From: Candidatus Methanophagales archaeon
GTDB taxonomy: Archaea; Halobacteriota; Syntropharchaeia; Alkanophagales; Methanospirareceae
Length of the DNA stretch: 64,000 nucleotides
NCBI GenBank assembly: GCA_030602585.1
Contig: JAUVZJ010000005.1
Coordinates: forward strand, 973 to 64,972
Direction of reading: 5' to 3'
This document shows positions 9,382 to 19,648 of the stretch, piece after piece; position 1 is the stretch's first letter; every line of letters begins with the position of its first letter. The translations under genes were made by a program, and so were the position numbers. Under the pieces are notes generated by a model, which saw only the letters and a program-made list of their open reading frames with translations, had not been told where the DNA came from and made no database searches.

Positions 9382-12300
9382 ATGTCGAGTAAAAAGAAAA
9401 TTGGTATAGCAATATGTTTGGTATTGTTGAGCAGCATGATGCTGGGGTGTATAGAACGAGAAACTCAGGAATCAGCTACAACCACTCAAGTAGAGCAGGT
9501 ATTGACCCAGGGCTCGTATCGAGACTTTAAAGCTACTGCAGAGGGCAAAAACCTTGTCTTGGAGCCTCTGGTAGGCGTTGATGAATGGGGGAATCCGATT
9601 CCTGGACTTGCCGAGTCGTGGGATGTCTCCCCCGATGGGAAAACTTACACGTTCCATCTGAGAAAAGGCGTTAAGTTTCACGACGGAACGCAGTTCAATG
9701 CTGAAGCTGCAAGATTTTTCATCGAGTGGCAGGGAATGCAGAAGGCGTATGGAAAGTATATGGATCGAACAGAGATCGTAAATGATTATACTGTCCGCGT
9801 TTACCTCGAGAAGTACTATTACGGTTTCTTAGGTGAGTTAGGTCAGCTTATCAGCCCCAATGCGGTGGAGCCGGCAGGGGATGTGAACGGTAAACTGGTT
9901 AACTACATAGGAACAGGTTCTTTCAAGCTTGTGGAATATAAAAAGGATCAGGAAGCCGTCCTCGTAAGGAACGATGACTACTGGGGAAAGAAGCCGAAAC
10001 TTGAGAAGGTCATCTGGAAGGTTGTCCCGGACCCTTACACCCAGGTTTTAGCTCTGAAAGCTGGCGAACTTGACTTGATCGGTGCCGCTGAGCATCATAG
10101 CTGCCTGCCCTATATCGAGATTGCAAAGATGCAGAAAGACCACGATTTTGAGGTTATGTTACATTCCTACGGACGCTATCAGGTCATTGACTTCAATTTT
10201 AAGAAGGAGCCATTCAATGACGTCAGGGTGAGGGAGGCGTTTAACTATGCGATCGACAGGGAACTTATGGTTCATACGCTTTTTGCAGACTTAACCAAGC
10301 CTGCATATTTACTTGGCCCACCCGCGCCCGACTGGGGACCACGTAACATCGAAGGGTATAGATATGACCCCGAGAAGGCGAATCAGCTTCTGGCTGAAGC
10401 AGGCTGGAGAGATACAGACGGTGACGGGATCCTGGACAAAGACGGGAAGCCTTTTACCTGCGAGCTTATAGTTCCGTCCGGCGAGGCGAATGCCGATGTG
10501 GTCGCCGTATTCGTTCAATCCGAGCTTAAAAAAATCGGCGTGCAGATGAAAGTCACCACTATGGAAAGCGGCGCTGCGTGGGACATGCGAAAGAAAGGTG
10601 AAGGGGAATATGATCTGTTCGTGCACCATTGCTGCGGTGCAGCTGCGATGGCATGTCTGGGTATAGGAGGTAAATATCATTCCGCTTATGCCTATGGAAA
10701 AGGAGTTTATCACAACGACGAACTGGATAAACAGATAGAGAAGGCTTTTACTTCCCTCGACAAAACCGAGCGGAGAAAGGCATTCGACCAGATATGGAAG
10801 ATATTGCACGAAGAATCTCCTTCTATACCGCTTTACGACATCACGAAGCCCGTGATATTCAGGAATAACATGCAAGGCTTTAAGTTCGGACCGACCATAT
10901 TCGATATGGATTTAAGTGATGTAGAGGTAGTTGAATATGAGGTGGAGGCTCCCACACCAACAGAGCAGGTGCTAATCCAGGGGGCGTATAAAGACTTTAA
11001 ACAGGCTGTAGAGGGTAGAAACCTTGTATTCGAGACTCTAATGGGCGTAGATGAGCAGGGGAATTCCGTTCCAAAACTTGCCGAATCGTGGGAAATATCT
11101 CCCGATGGGAAAACTTATACATTCCATCTAAGAAAGGGTGTTAAGTTTCATGACAGGACGCCGTTCAACGCATCGGTGGCAAAATTTTCTATTGAATGGT
11201 CTGGAAAAAAGAAGGCATTTGGAAAGTATATTGACTGGATAGAAATAGTGGATGACCATACCCTTCGAGTTTACCTCAAGGAATATTATCGCCCGTTTTT
11301 ACTTGACTTGGCAAGCGAGTTCAGTAGCAAAGTCATCAGCCCCAATGCGGTGGAGCCTGCATGGGATGTGAACGGTAAGCTGGTTAATTATATAGGCACA
11401 GGTCCCTTCAAGCTTGCGGACTATAAAAAGGATCAGGAAGCCGTCCTCGTAAGGAATGATGACTACTGGGGAAAGAAGCCGAAGCTTGAGAAGGTTATCT
11501 GGAAGACCGTCCCGGACCCTTATACTCAGGTTTTAGCGTTGAAAGCCGGCGAACTCGATTTAATCGGAGCTGCTGAGCATCATAGCTCCCTACCCTATAT
11601 CGAGATTGCGGAGTTGCAGAAAGACCCAAATTTAGGGGTCATTTTGCATTCCTACGGACGCTATCAGGTCATCAGATTCAATTGCGAAAAGGAGCCATTC
11701 AATGATGTCAGGGTAAGGAAGGCATGTAACTATGCGATTGACAAGGAACTTATGGTTCATACGCTTTTTGCGGATATTCCGAAGCCGAGTTATCGCATAA
11801 CTGACGCAAGATTCGAGTGGGGTCCTTCTAACATCGACGAGAAGTACTACCGATATGATTTGGATAAGGCGAAAAAGCTTATGACTGAAGCTGGCTGGGC
11901 TGATACTGATGGAGACGGGATTCTGGATAAAGATGGGAAGCATTTTACCTGCGAGCTTATAGTCCCGGCTGGCGAGGCGAATGCCGATGTCGTAGCTCCC
12001 TTTATGCAATCCGAATTAAAGAAACTTGGAATTCAGATGAATATTATCACTCTTGAAAGCGGTGCTGCTGGAAAAAGGCAAAAAGAGGGTAAATATGATT
12101 TGTACGTGCACCATAGCGGGTGTTTACCATCTGTCGCAGGATACATAGAAATAGGCGGAAACTATCACGCAGGTGGATGGCCACATGGTTACCAAAACGA
12201 TACGCTGGACAAACTGATAGAGAAAGCATGGACTACTCCTGATGAAGCTGAGTGGAGAGCGCTCTGCGATCAGATCTGGCAACTATTGCATAAAGAGGCG

Positions 12301-12417
12301 CCCTGTATTCCACTCTACGACATCACGAAGCCGGTGGTATTCAAGAAGAACGTGCACGGCTTTAAGTTCGGACCGACCATGTTCGAGATGGATTTAAGTG
12401 ATGTGGAGATAGTGTAG
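9382..12417 (+). CDS. family-5 ABC substrate-binding lipoprotein made of two tandem complete binding modules (1011 aa)
   Basis: Lipobox LLSSMMLGC. Residues ~30-515 and ~520-1011 are colinear paralogs (AESWDVSPDGKTYTFHLRKGVKFHDGTQFNAEAA vs AESWEISPDGKTYTFHLRKGVKFHDRTPFNASVA; both end FKFGPT.F.MDLSDVE.V). Nucleotide identity between the halves is roughly 85%. Confidence 0.8.
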   Translation: MSSKKKIGIAICLVLLSSMMLGCIERETQESATTTQVEQVLTQGSYRDFKATAEGKNLVLEPLVGVDEWGNPIPGLAESWDVSPDGKTYTFHLRKGVKFHDGTQFNAEAARFFIEWQGMQKAYGKYMDRTEIVNDYTVRVYLEKYYYGFLGELGQLISPNAVEPAGDVNGKLVNYIGTGSFKLVEYKKDQEAVLVRNDDYWGKKPKLEKVIWKVVPDPYTQVLALKAGELDLIGAAEHHSCLPYIEIAKMQKDHDFEVMLHSYGRYQVIDFNFKKEPFNDVRVREAFNYAIDRELMVHTLFADLTKPAYLLGPPAPDWGPRNIEGYRYDPEKANQLLAEAGWRDTDGDGILDKDGKPFTCELIVPSGEANADVVAVFVQSELKKIGVQMKVTTMESGAAWDMRKKGEGEYDLFVHHCCGAAAMACLGIGGKYHSAYAYGKGVYHNDELDKQIEKAFTSLDKTERRKAFDQIWKILHEESPSIPLYDITKPVIFRNNMQGFKFGPTIFDMDLSDVEVVEYEVEAPTPTEQVLIQGAYKDFKQAVEGRNLVFETLMGVDEQGNSVPKLAESWEISPDGKTYTFHLRKGVKFHDRTPFNASVAKFSIEWSGKKKAFGKYIDWIEIVDDHTLRVYLKEYYRPFLLDLASEFSSKVISPNAVEPAWDVNGKLVNYIGTGPFKLADYKKDQEAVLVRNDDYWGKKPKLEKVIWKTVPDPYTQVLALKAGELDLIGAAEHHSSLPYIEIAELQKDPNLGVILHSYGRYQVIRFNCEKEPFNDVRVRKACNYAIDKELMVHTLFADIPKPSYRITDARFEWGPSNIDEKYYRYDLDKAKKLMTEAGWADTDGDGILDKDGKHFTCELIVPAGEANADVVAPFMQSELKKLGIQMNIITLESGAAGKRQKEGKYDLYVHHSGCLPSVAGYIEIGGNYHAGGWPHGYQNDTLDKLIEKAWTTPDEAEWRALCDQIWQLLHKEAPCIPLYDITKPVVFKKNVHGFKFGPTMFEMDLSDVEIV

Positions 12418-12436
12418 ATTCCACGGTGAAGTAGCG

Positions 12437-13387
12437 ATGATAAAGTTCATAGCCAGGAGATTGATGATAGCCGTAGTGGTAATGCTTGGCGTTTCATTAA
12501 TCTCCTTTTCTCTCGTTTTTTTTGCGCCAGGCAATCCTGCTGAGGTCATAATCAGGGCAGAAATTGGAGAAGAACCCACGCTTGAAGAAATCGAATTCTT
12601 TTTTCAAGAACATGGTTTAAAAGCTCCTTTTTTTACACAATGTGCGCAATGGTTGTATATGATTACACATGGCGACCTTGGAACTTCTTTCAGGACTGAA
12701 GAGCCAGTTTTGGTGGAATTTATTGACAGGTTCCCAGCAACCCTTGAACTGGCAGTAGCTGCGATGTTCATAGCGATACTCATATCCATTCCATTGGGAA
12801 TCCTCGCGGCGATGAAGCAAAACTCGGTTTTAGACCATGGCAGCAGGTTTGTAGCGCTGTGGGGTGTATCTATGCCGAATTTCTGGCTGGGCTTACTTTT
12901 AATTCTATTTTTCTCTGTCAGACTCGATTTGTTCCCATGTTTTGGCTATGGAGGCATAGAATATCTGATACTGCCAGCCATTACACTTGGAACCGGTATG
13001 ACCGCATCCCTCATGCGATTGATGCGTGCAAGCATGCTTGAGGTTTTACGCCAGGACTACATTAGAACGGCAAGAGCCAAAGGTTTGATGGAAAGGGTGG
13101 TGATATGGAAGCACGGTTTTAAGAACGCGCTAATTCCAGTAGTAACGGTTATGGGCATGCAAGTTGGTCATTTATTGGCTGGTGCTGTAATAGTCGAGAC
13201 AATATTTGCATGGCCCGGGGTAGGCAAATTTCTGGTTGATGGGATATACGCCAGAGACTATCCCGTAATTCAAGGCTTTATTTTGATTATTGCATTGTTC
13301 TTTGTTTTATCAAATTTGGCTGTGGATATTTTATACACCTATTTAGACCCGAGAATAAGATACGATGTAAAAAAGGGGATGAAATGA
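12437..13387 (+). CDS. nikB: ABC permease NikB/DppB family
   Basis: Paralog of 5455-6402 (FAPGNPAEV, IRTARAKGL). Confidence 0.85.
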   Translation: MIKFIARRLMIAVVVMLGVSLISFSLVFFAPGNPAEVIIRAEIGEEPTLEEIEFFFQEHGLKAPFFTQCAQWLYMITHGDLGTSFRTEEPVLVEFIDRFPATLELAVAAMFIAILISIPLGILAAMKQNSVLDHGSRFVALWGVSMPNFWLGLLLILFFSVRLDLFPCFGYGGIEYLILPAITLGTGMTASLMRLMRASMLEVLRQDYIRTARAKGLMERVVIWKHGFKNALIPVVTVMGMQVGHLLAGAVIVETIFAWPGVGKFLVDGIYARDYPVIQGFILIIALFFVLSNLAVDILYTYLDPRIRYDVKKGMK

Positions 13388-14226
13388 TGTCAATCGTTCA
13401 ACAACTTAAAAAGGATAAAATAGCAATGATTGGAGCGGTAATTATCCTTTTTCTTGCTGGTATTGCAATACTCGCTCCGCATATAACTCCATACGATCCA
13501 ATAGAGTTGGACTTAGAGAACCGCTTATCATCTTCAGATGTGAATCATTTGATGGGTACCGATAACCTTGGTAGAGATGTTTTAAGTAGGGTCATTTACG
13601 GGGCAAGGATTTCGCTGAGTATGGCAACAGTTGTTGTCGTGATTGTTATGCTTTTGGGTATAGCGATGGGAACCATTGCAGGATACCTTGGTGGTATTAT
13701 TGATGGAACAATAATGCGAGTGGTTGATGTTTTATTGGCATTTCCAAATATAATCCTGGCATTAGTTATTGCAGGTATTCTTGGTCCCTCTCTCACCAAT
13801 GTTATGATTGCTCTCAGTGCAATATGGTGGGTAGGTTACGCAAGAATAATTCGTGGTTCTGTTTTGTCTGTGAAGGAAAAAGAGTTTGTTGAGGCTGCGA
13901 GAGCAATGGGCTGCAGCGACACACATATCGCCATTCGCCACATACTGCCAAATGTTCTATCACCAGTAATAGTTCTCGCAACCCTTGATATGGGTCATAT
14001 AATACTTTCAATTGCAGCACTGAGTTTTCTCGGATTGGGTGCGCAACCACCGATACCTGAGTGGGGTACGATGCTCAATGAAGGAAGACCCTTTATGGAG
14101 ACCGCTCCGCATTTAATGATTTTTCCGGGATTGATGATCATGGTCGTAGTGTTAGCTTTCAACTTCCTGGGTGATGGACTGCGGGATGCACTGGATCCGA
14201 GGATGAAGGAGGTGATGATGAAATGA
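13384..14226 (+). CDS. nikC: ABC permease NikC/DppC family
   Basis: Paralog of 6399-7244 (NHLMGTDNLGRD). Overlaps the neighbouring gene by 4 bp. Confidence 0.85.
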   Translation: MMSIVQQLKKDKIAMIGAVIILFLAGIAILAPHITPYDPIELDLENRLSSSDVNHLMGTDNLGRDVLSRVIYGARISLSMATVVVVIVMLLGIAMGTIAGYLGGIIDGTIMRVVDVLLAFPNIILALVIAGILGPSLTNVMIALSAIWWVGYARIIRGSVLSVKEKEFVEAARAMGCSDTHIAIRHILPNVLSPVIVLATLDMGHIILSIAALSFLGLGAQPPIPEWGTMLNEGRPFMETAPHLMIFPGLMIMVVVLAFNFLGDGLRDALDPRMKEVMMK

Positions 14227-15164
14227 CATTGCTAAGTATACAAAATCTAAAAGTCCATTTCCATACCGAAGATGGTGCGGTAAGAGCAGTAAATGATGTA
14301 GATCTGGTGATAGAAGAGGGAGAGACCCTGGGCTTAATCGGGGAAACGGGATGCGGTAAAACTGTATTAGGGCTCTCGATACTGCGTCTGCTCTCTGAGA
14401 ACACAAAGGTAGAGGGTAAAATTTTATACAAGGGAAAAGATTTGCTCAAACTCAATGAGGGTGAGATGAGGAAGATAAGGGGAAAAGAGATAGCGATGAT
14501 ATTTCAAAATCCATTAACCTCGATGAATCCGGTTCTTACAATAGGAACACAAATTTCTGAGCCCTTTGAGTTGCACCAAGGCTTAAAAAAGAAAGATGCA
14601 ATACAAAAAGTGATTGCGATATTAAAGTTGGTGCGAATACCGTCACCATCGGAAAGAATAAATGAATATCCTCATGAGTTCAGTGGTGGAATGAGACAGA
14701 GGGCTATGATTGCGATGGGACTTGCTTGTGAGCCCTCATTAATCCTTGCGGACGAGCCGACCAAGGGTCTGGATGTCACGATACAAGCACAAGTTGTAGA
14801 CCTGATGAAAGAACTAACGACAAACTCCAAAACTTCTATGCTGCTGATAACTCACGATCTTGGTGTTGCAGCCGAGTTATGCGATAACATTGCAGTAATG
14901 TATCCCGGTGAAATCGTCGAATACGCAGATATTAAAGAATTGTTCAAAAACCCTAAACATCCATATACACAGGGTTTTCTTGGTTCTCTTCCAGGCAGAG
15001 GTTTAAAGCCAATGAATGGTATGAGTCCATCTCTAATTGATCTTCCAGAAGGGTGTAAATTCCATCCAAGGTGTCCATTCGCAAGAGAGAGATGCAAGAA
15101 TAAGCGACCAGAAATGGTAGAAATAGGGAAAAAACATTTTGTGAGGTGTTTCTTATATGATTAA
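14223..15164 (+). CDS. nikD: ABC ATPase NikD/DppD/OppD family
   Basis: Walker A GETGCGKT, signature FSGGMRQR, Walker B LILADEP, and a C-terminal oligopeptide-ABC Cys-rich tail. Confidence 0.85.
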   Translation: MTLLSIQNLKVHFHTEDGAVRAVNDVDLVIEEGETLGLIGETGCGKTVLGLSILRLLSENTKVEGKILYKGKDLLKLNEGEMRKIRGKEIAMIFQNPLTSMNPVLTIGTQISEPFELHQGLKKKDAIQKVIAILKLVRIPSPSERINEYPHEFSGGMRQRAMIAMGLACEPSLILADEPTKGLDVTIQAQVVDLMKELTTNSKTSMLLITHDLGVAAELCDNIAVMYPGEIVEYADIKELFKNPKHPYTQGFLGSLPGRGLKPMNGMSPSLIDLPEGCKFHPRCPFARERCKNKRPEMVEIGKKHFVRCFLYD

Positions 15165-16101
15165 AGTTGAAAACTTAAAGAAATATTTTTCAACTGGAAT
15201 GTTCAGCAAAAAATACGTTAGAGCGGTGGATGGCCTTAGTTTTGCGATTGAAAAGGGTGAAACCCTCGGTTTAGTAGGTGAGAGTGGATGTGGAAAAACA
15301 ACAGTTGGCAGATTGATTCTAAGGCTCATCGAGCCCACCGAAGGCAAAATCTTTTTTAAAAACACGAATATTCTCGAACTCAACAAGAAGGATTTAAGAA
15401 AGTTAAGACCCAAAATGCAGATAATATTTCAGGACCCCGATTCATCACTTGACCCAAGAATGAAAATAGGGGAAAGCATTGCAGAGCCTTTAAAACTGTA
15501 CAATATTGTTAGCAAAAATGGAAGAGAAGAAAAAATCTCAGAATTAATAGAGATGGTTGGATTAAATCCGGAACATATAAATCGCTATCCTCATGAACTC
15601 AGCGGTGGACAAAATCAAAGAGCGGTGATTGCAAGGATTCTTGCAATAAACCCTAAGTTCATAGTTGCCGACGAGCCAACATCTTCCTTAGATGTTAATG
15701 TGCAAGCGCAGATGCTCTTTTTACTGAAAAAAGTACGAGAAAAGTTTGGGCTTACCTGTTTATTTATTTCCCATGACCTGGAAGTAATAAAGGTTATGAC
15801 CGATAAAATCGCAGTGATGTATCTTGGAAAGCTGGTCGAAGTCGGAAAAACAAGCGATATATTCAATGGTGCAGTGCACCCGTACACACAGGCATTATTG
15901 TCTGCAATTCCTGTTCTGGACCCAGAGGCGAAAAGGAAAAGAATAGTGTTAGGGGGCGAAATCCCCAATCCAATCAATCCCCCATCTGGCTGTAGCTTCC
16001 ACACCAGGTGCCCTTACCGCGAAAGGATATGTGAGATCGAAGAGCCAATGATGATTGATATTGGAGATGGGCACCAGGTAGCCTGTCACCTAAATCGTTA
16101 A
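15157..16101 (+). CDS. nikE: ABC ATPase NikE/DppF/OppF family
   Basis: Walker A GESGCGKTT, signature LSGGQNQR, Walker B FIVADEP. Confidence 0.85.
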   Translation: MIKVENLKKYFSTGMFSKKYVRAVDGLSFAIEKGETLGLVGESGCGKTTVGRLILRLIEPTEGKIFFKNTNILELNKKDLRKLRPKMQIIFQDPDSSLDPRMKIGESIAEPLKLYNIVSKNGREEKISELIEMVGLNPEHINRYPHELSGGQNQRAVIARILAINPKFIVADEPTSSLDVNVQAQMLFLLKKVREKFGLTCLFISHDLEVIKVMTDKIAVMYLGKLVEVGKTSDIFNGAVHPYTQALLSAIPVLDPEAKRKRIVLGGEIPNPINPPSGCSFHTRCPYRERICEIEEPMMIDIGDGHQVACHLNR

Positions 16102-16126
16102 TACCTTTTCAGCTAATGCTATTATT

Positions 16127-17053
16127 ATGATAGAAGTGGAAAATTTAGTGAAAAAATTTGGAGATGCAACTGCTGTGGATGGGATCAGTTTCAAAGTAAG
16201 AAAAGGAGAGATATTTGGCTTTTTAGGACCCAATGGAGCAGGTAAAACCACAACAATCAATATACTGGTAGGTCTATCGCTTCCAAGTTCTGGAATTGCA
16301 AAAATAGCTGGACTCGACGTGACAAAACATCCAATAGGAATAAGAAAAAGACTTGGCATAGCAGCCCAGGCCGCATACTTCGACCACCATCTGAGCATCA
16401 AAGACAATCTTTTCTACCATGGATTGTTGTATGGTCTGCCCAGAAAAGAGCTCAAAAAAAGAGTGGATACCGCTTTACAGTGGAGCAAACTTGAAAAATA
16501 CAGGAATAAAAAATTTCACCAATTATCTGGTGGAATGCAAAGAAGGCTTGTTGTGGCAAGAGCAATGTTATCAGACCCGGAAATACTCTTATTGGATGAA
16601 CCTACAACCGGTCTTGACCCACAAACCAGAAGGCAGGTCTGGGAATTCATAAAGAATCTGAAAGAGGCAGGGAAAACAGTTCTCCTGACAACCCATTACA
16701 TGGAAGAGGCAGATCTTCTTTGCGACAGGATTGCTATTATTGACCATGGGAGAATTATAGCCAGCGGAACACCGAATGAACTAAAAAAGATGCTGGATAA
16801 AAATATTGTAATTGATATAACTTTAAATCCTGAAGTCGCAGGCGACCACATCAAAAGAGACTTAGACATTATCTCTGGTGTTAATTATGTAAGAATGGAA
16901 AGCAATAGAATAAAGATTGGAGTGGTTGATGATGCAATCGTAGAACAGGTATTAAAAAGCCTTATTATAAGAACTAAAATCAGTGAAATTAATATTATCC
17001 GTCCAACGCTTGATGATGTTTTTCTTCATCTAACTGGTAGGGAGATACGATGA
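16127..17053 (+). CDS. ABC-2 type exporter ATPase (DrrA/CcmA-like)
   Basis: Walker A GPNGAGKTT, signature LSGGMQRR, Walker B LLLDEPTTGLD. Confidence 0.8.
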   Translation: MIEVENLVKKFGDATAVDGISFKVRKGEIFGFLGPNGAGKTTTINILVGLSLPSSGIAKIAGLDVTKHPIGIRKRLGIAAQAAYFDHHLSIKDNLFYHGLLYGLPRKELKKRVDTALQWSKLEKYRNKKFHQLSGGMQRRLVVARAMLSDPEILLLDEPTTGLDPQTRRQVWEFIKNLKEAGKTVLLTTHYMEEADLLCDRIAIIDHGRIIASGTPNELKKMLDKNIVIDITLNPEVAGDHIKRDLDIISGVNYVRMESNRIKIGVVDDAIVEQVLKSLIIRTKISEINIIRPTLDDVFLHLTGREIR

Positions 17054-17054
17054 G

Positions 17055-17819
17055 ATGATTGCAAGAGTGATAAAAGCTATGCTTGCGGTATGGGAACGTG
17101 AAATGCATGAGTACATAAGCAATCTGCATGTAAATGCCATGCGTCTTGCAGTAGAGCCATTGCTATTCATTTTTATCTTTGGAATGGGACTTGGCAAGCG
17201 TGTGGTGATTGGAGACGTAAATTATTTATATTTCCTGGCACCGGGCATACTGTTTATGGTTGCGGTAAACAACAGTTATATGACAATATCAATGAGGCTC
17301 ATGATTGCACGAGACTGGGACAAAACATTGATTACTGCGCTCAGTGCTCCGATAAAACCCTTTGAGATTGTTCTTGGCTATGTGTTTGCAGGTGTAACTC
17401 AAGCACTGGCTGCATGCGCTATCTTTATTGTGTTGATGAATTATTTTTTAGGAATACCCTTTGGTTCCGTTTCCCTGATAGTGTTACTTATCATAGCAAC
17501 AGCCGCATTTTTCTCTTCCCTCGGAGTAGCGATATCCATGGTGCTGGATAATCCACATCATCTAATGGTTGTCACATCGCTTGTTGTCATGCCCATGAGT
17601 TTTTTTTGTGGGATATTTATACCTGTTACTGATCTTCCGAACTGGGTGCAGCCCGTTATAGAGGCAATTCCTCTTACCGTGGCGGTACAAGCAGCCAGAG
17701 CGATAGCATTATCAACGGGCAACCCTTATCTATGGCAAAATCTGGCGTATATTATCGCATTTACAATCGCAGTATTTTTGATAGGGTTGCATCTCTTTAA
17801 GAAAAAAGTAATTACTTGA
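17055..17819 (+). CDS. ABC-2 family permease
   Basis: 6 TM segments with ABC-2 topology. Translationally coupled to the 16127-17053 ATPase. Confidence 0.7.
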   Translation: MIARVIKAMLAVWEREMHEYISNLHVNAMRLAVEPLLFIFIFGMGLGKRVVIGDVNYLYFLAPGILFMVAVNNSYMTISMRLMIARDWDKTLITALSAPIKPFEIVLGYVFAGVTQALAACAIFIVLMNYFLGIPFGSVSLIVLLIIATAAFFSSLGVAISMVLDNPHHLMVVTSLVVMPMSFFCGIFIPVTDLPNWVQPVIEAIPLTVAVQAARAIALSTGNPYLWQNLAYIIAFTIAVFLIGLHLFKKKVIT

Positions 17820-17934
17820 AGACAGTCAGGGAAAGAGCACACCCTAAAATAAAAAGAAGGACATGCTCATCAATATGAATAACAATCCAGAAATTTTCGT
17901 TATTGTTTCACTGTTCACTTTTTATCTTTTATAA

Positions 17935-19648
17935 CCTGAATTTTAGCGATTATAGGCACCATGTATAAATTTGTCGACACCCATCGCGTTCATAAGCAAT
18001 TCTTGCTTTTTGGTGGCTCTTGTGAGTTTACCTCTCACCTTACCTTTATAGGAATATTCAACAAGAGTGAGATTCTTTAGTTCATCCACTGCCAGATCAA
18101 CCGACATATCTATGTTAGCGTTCTTCAACCGGAATTTGACAATTGTTCTTAGCAGGTATGCAAGAAACACGATTGTGAGATACGCATCAATCCGTTCCGG
18201 GCGCTGATAACGAATGGGTCCTAAAGAGAGTACACCTTTCAAGCATCTGAAGGCTTTTTCGATCTCATCCCGCTGGAAATAAATCGTGAAAACATTTTTT
18301 GCACTTATCCTTTGGTCTGTGCAGAACATTAGAAAACGACCGTCGATGAATTCTTCCTGTTGTACAAGATTATCATCCACCCTAAAACCTCGTCTCCCTC
18401 TTTGTTTGACGATCACAGATGAAATGACACCTTTAAGTTCATTAACACGATTCTTATCGGTTGTTTCACTCAACTCTTTGATCATCATGTCTCGATTTGC
18501 TTTTTCCATCGCTTTTTGTGTGGGATTTGAAACAACAACTATCAAACCGGATTGCCCATAAAGGGTTCCTTTCCTACCTTTAACATACACCATCCCTTCG
18601 GAAGACCGTTTCACGGCATTCTCCCATGTAGAAACATCTTCGTCATTCCAGTAAGATAGTTCACTGAACACTTCGCTGCGGGTTTCAGGACAGCAGCCGA
18701 TGATATGGAAACCTTTTTTCCGGGCTATCTTGATGTTTCGCGTGCTCAACATTCCTCTGTCTACAATCATCGGAATACCACGATATCCCCATGATTCGAG
18801 TGCTGCAAGCATATCCTCCATCGTAAGCGTATCGTTCTTAGAACCGGGGATAGCACCGCATCTAACCGGGAAGCCATGCTCTCCTGAAATTACAAATCCA
18901 ACACCAATTGTCCATTTGCCTCGCTGCGATAGAGTATAGCCTTTCTCTGAATAACTACATCCGTTACCAAAGTAAGTTATCTTTGTAACGTCGTAGAACA
19001 GATGCTTTCTGCTTTCGGAATCAAGCTTTTGACATCTTTCTGCCATTGTCCGCTGTATGGCAAGCCCGACGCCGGATTTAATTCCGTTTTTAACGAAACA
19101 GAGTTGGCTAAGACCGTTGTCCAAATCCACTCTGGTTAGTGTCTGTTGTTTATAGCCTTCCCACTCTGCTAAAGGTGTATTATTTACCCAAGCAGCAGCC
19201 TTTTCCAGAGAAAGTCTATTACATACTTGATTCATTACAAGAGCAAGAACGGGGAAACTTTGAGAAGGACAGTGCTTCTCCAATGCCTTCCGTAGATCAA
19301 TATATTGTGCTGCATCATAATACAGTGCAAGCTTTCCTACAGGGACAGCTCGTTCAATCTCTTCCATTTTATGAGCGGGTGGTATGAGCTTCTCGTTCCC
19401 CTCTTCTCCGGTATCCACACCGAGATACTGAATCACTCTCTGCCTTGTGCTTTTTTCTCTTTGTCCCAATAATTCTCGACTAGATATCTATATTTCCTAC
19501 CTTCCTTTATTTTGGTGCGTATGAATGTCATGGTGCCTAATAGGCACTATGTCATATAAATAGTTTGCGTAATTATCGCTTTATTGTCGATAATAACTCG
19601 GATATGTAGAGATTCAAGGCATGGTGCCTATAAAGCCAAAAATTCAGG
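17935..19648 (-). mobile_element. insertion sequence (~1.71 kb) with ~29-bp imperfect terminal inverted repeats, IS4/IS1634-like
   Basis: Left end cctgaattttagcgattataggcaccatg. The right-end reverse complement is cctgaatttttggctttataggcaccatg. There are subterminal CATGGTGCC repeats and a single 508-aa transposase ORF. No matching target-site duplication (flanks ttataa / atcagt). Confidence 0.75.
17943..19469 (-). CDS. DDE transposase (IS4 superfamily, IS1634-like)
   Basis: 508 aa, fills the IS between the IRs. The family call is from overall size and organisation and is not verified by search. Confidence 0.6.
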   Translation of the reverse strand: MGQREKSTRQRVIQYLGVDTGEEGNEKLIPPAHKMEEIERAVPVGKLALYYDAAQYIDLRKALEKHCPSQSFPVLALVMNQVCNRLSLEKAAAWVNNTPLAEWEGYKQQTLTRVDLDNGLSQLCFVKNGIKSGVGLAIQRTMAERCQKLDSESRKHLFYDVTKITYFGNGCSYSEKGYTLSQRGKWTIGVGFVISGEHGFPVRCGAIPGSKNDTLTMEDMLAALESWGYRGIPMIVDRGMLSTRNIKIARKKGFHIIGCCPETRSEVFSELSYWNDEDVSTWENAVKRSSEGMVYVKGRKGTLYGQSGLIVVVSNPTQKAMEKANRDMMIKELSETTDKNRVNELKGVISSVIVKQRGRRGFRVDDNLVQQEEFIDGRFLMFCTDQRISAKNVFTIYFQRDEIEKAFRCLKGVLSLGPIRYQRPERIDAYLTIVFLAYLLRTIVKFRLKNANIDMSVDLAVDELKNLTLVEYSYKGKVRGKLTRATKKQELLMNAMGVDKFIHGAYNR

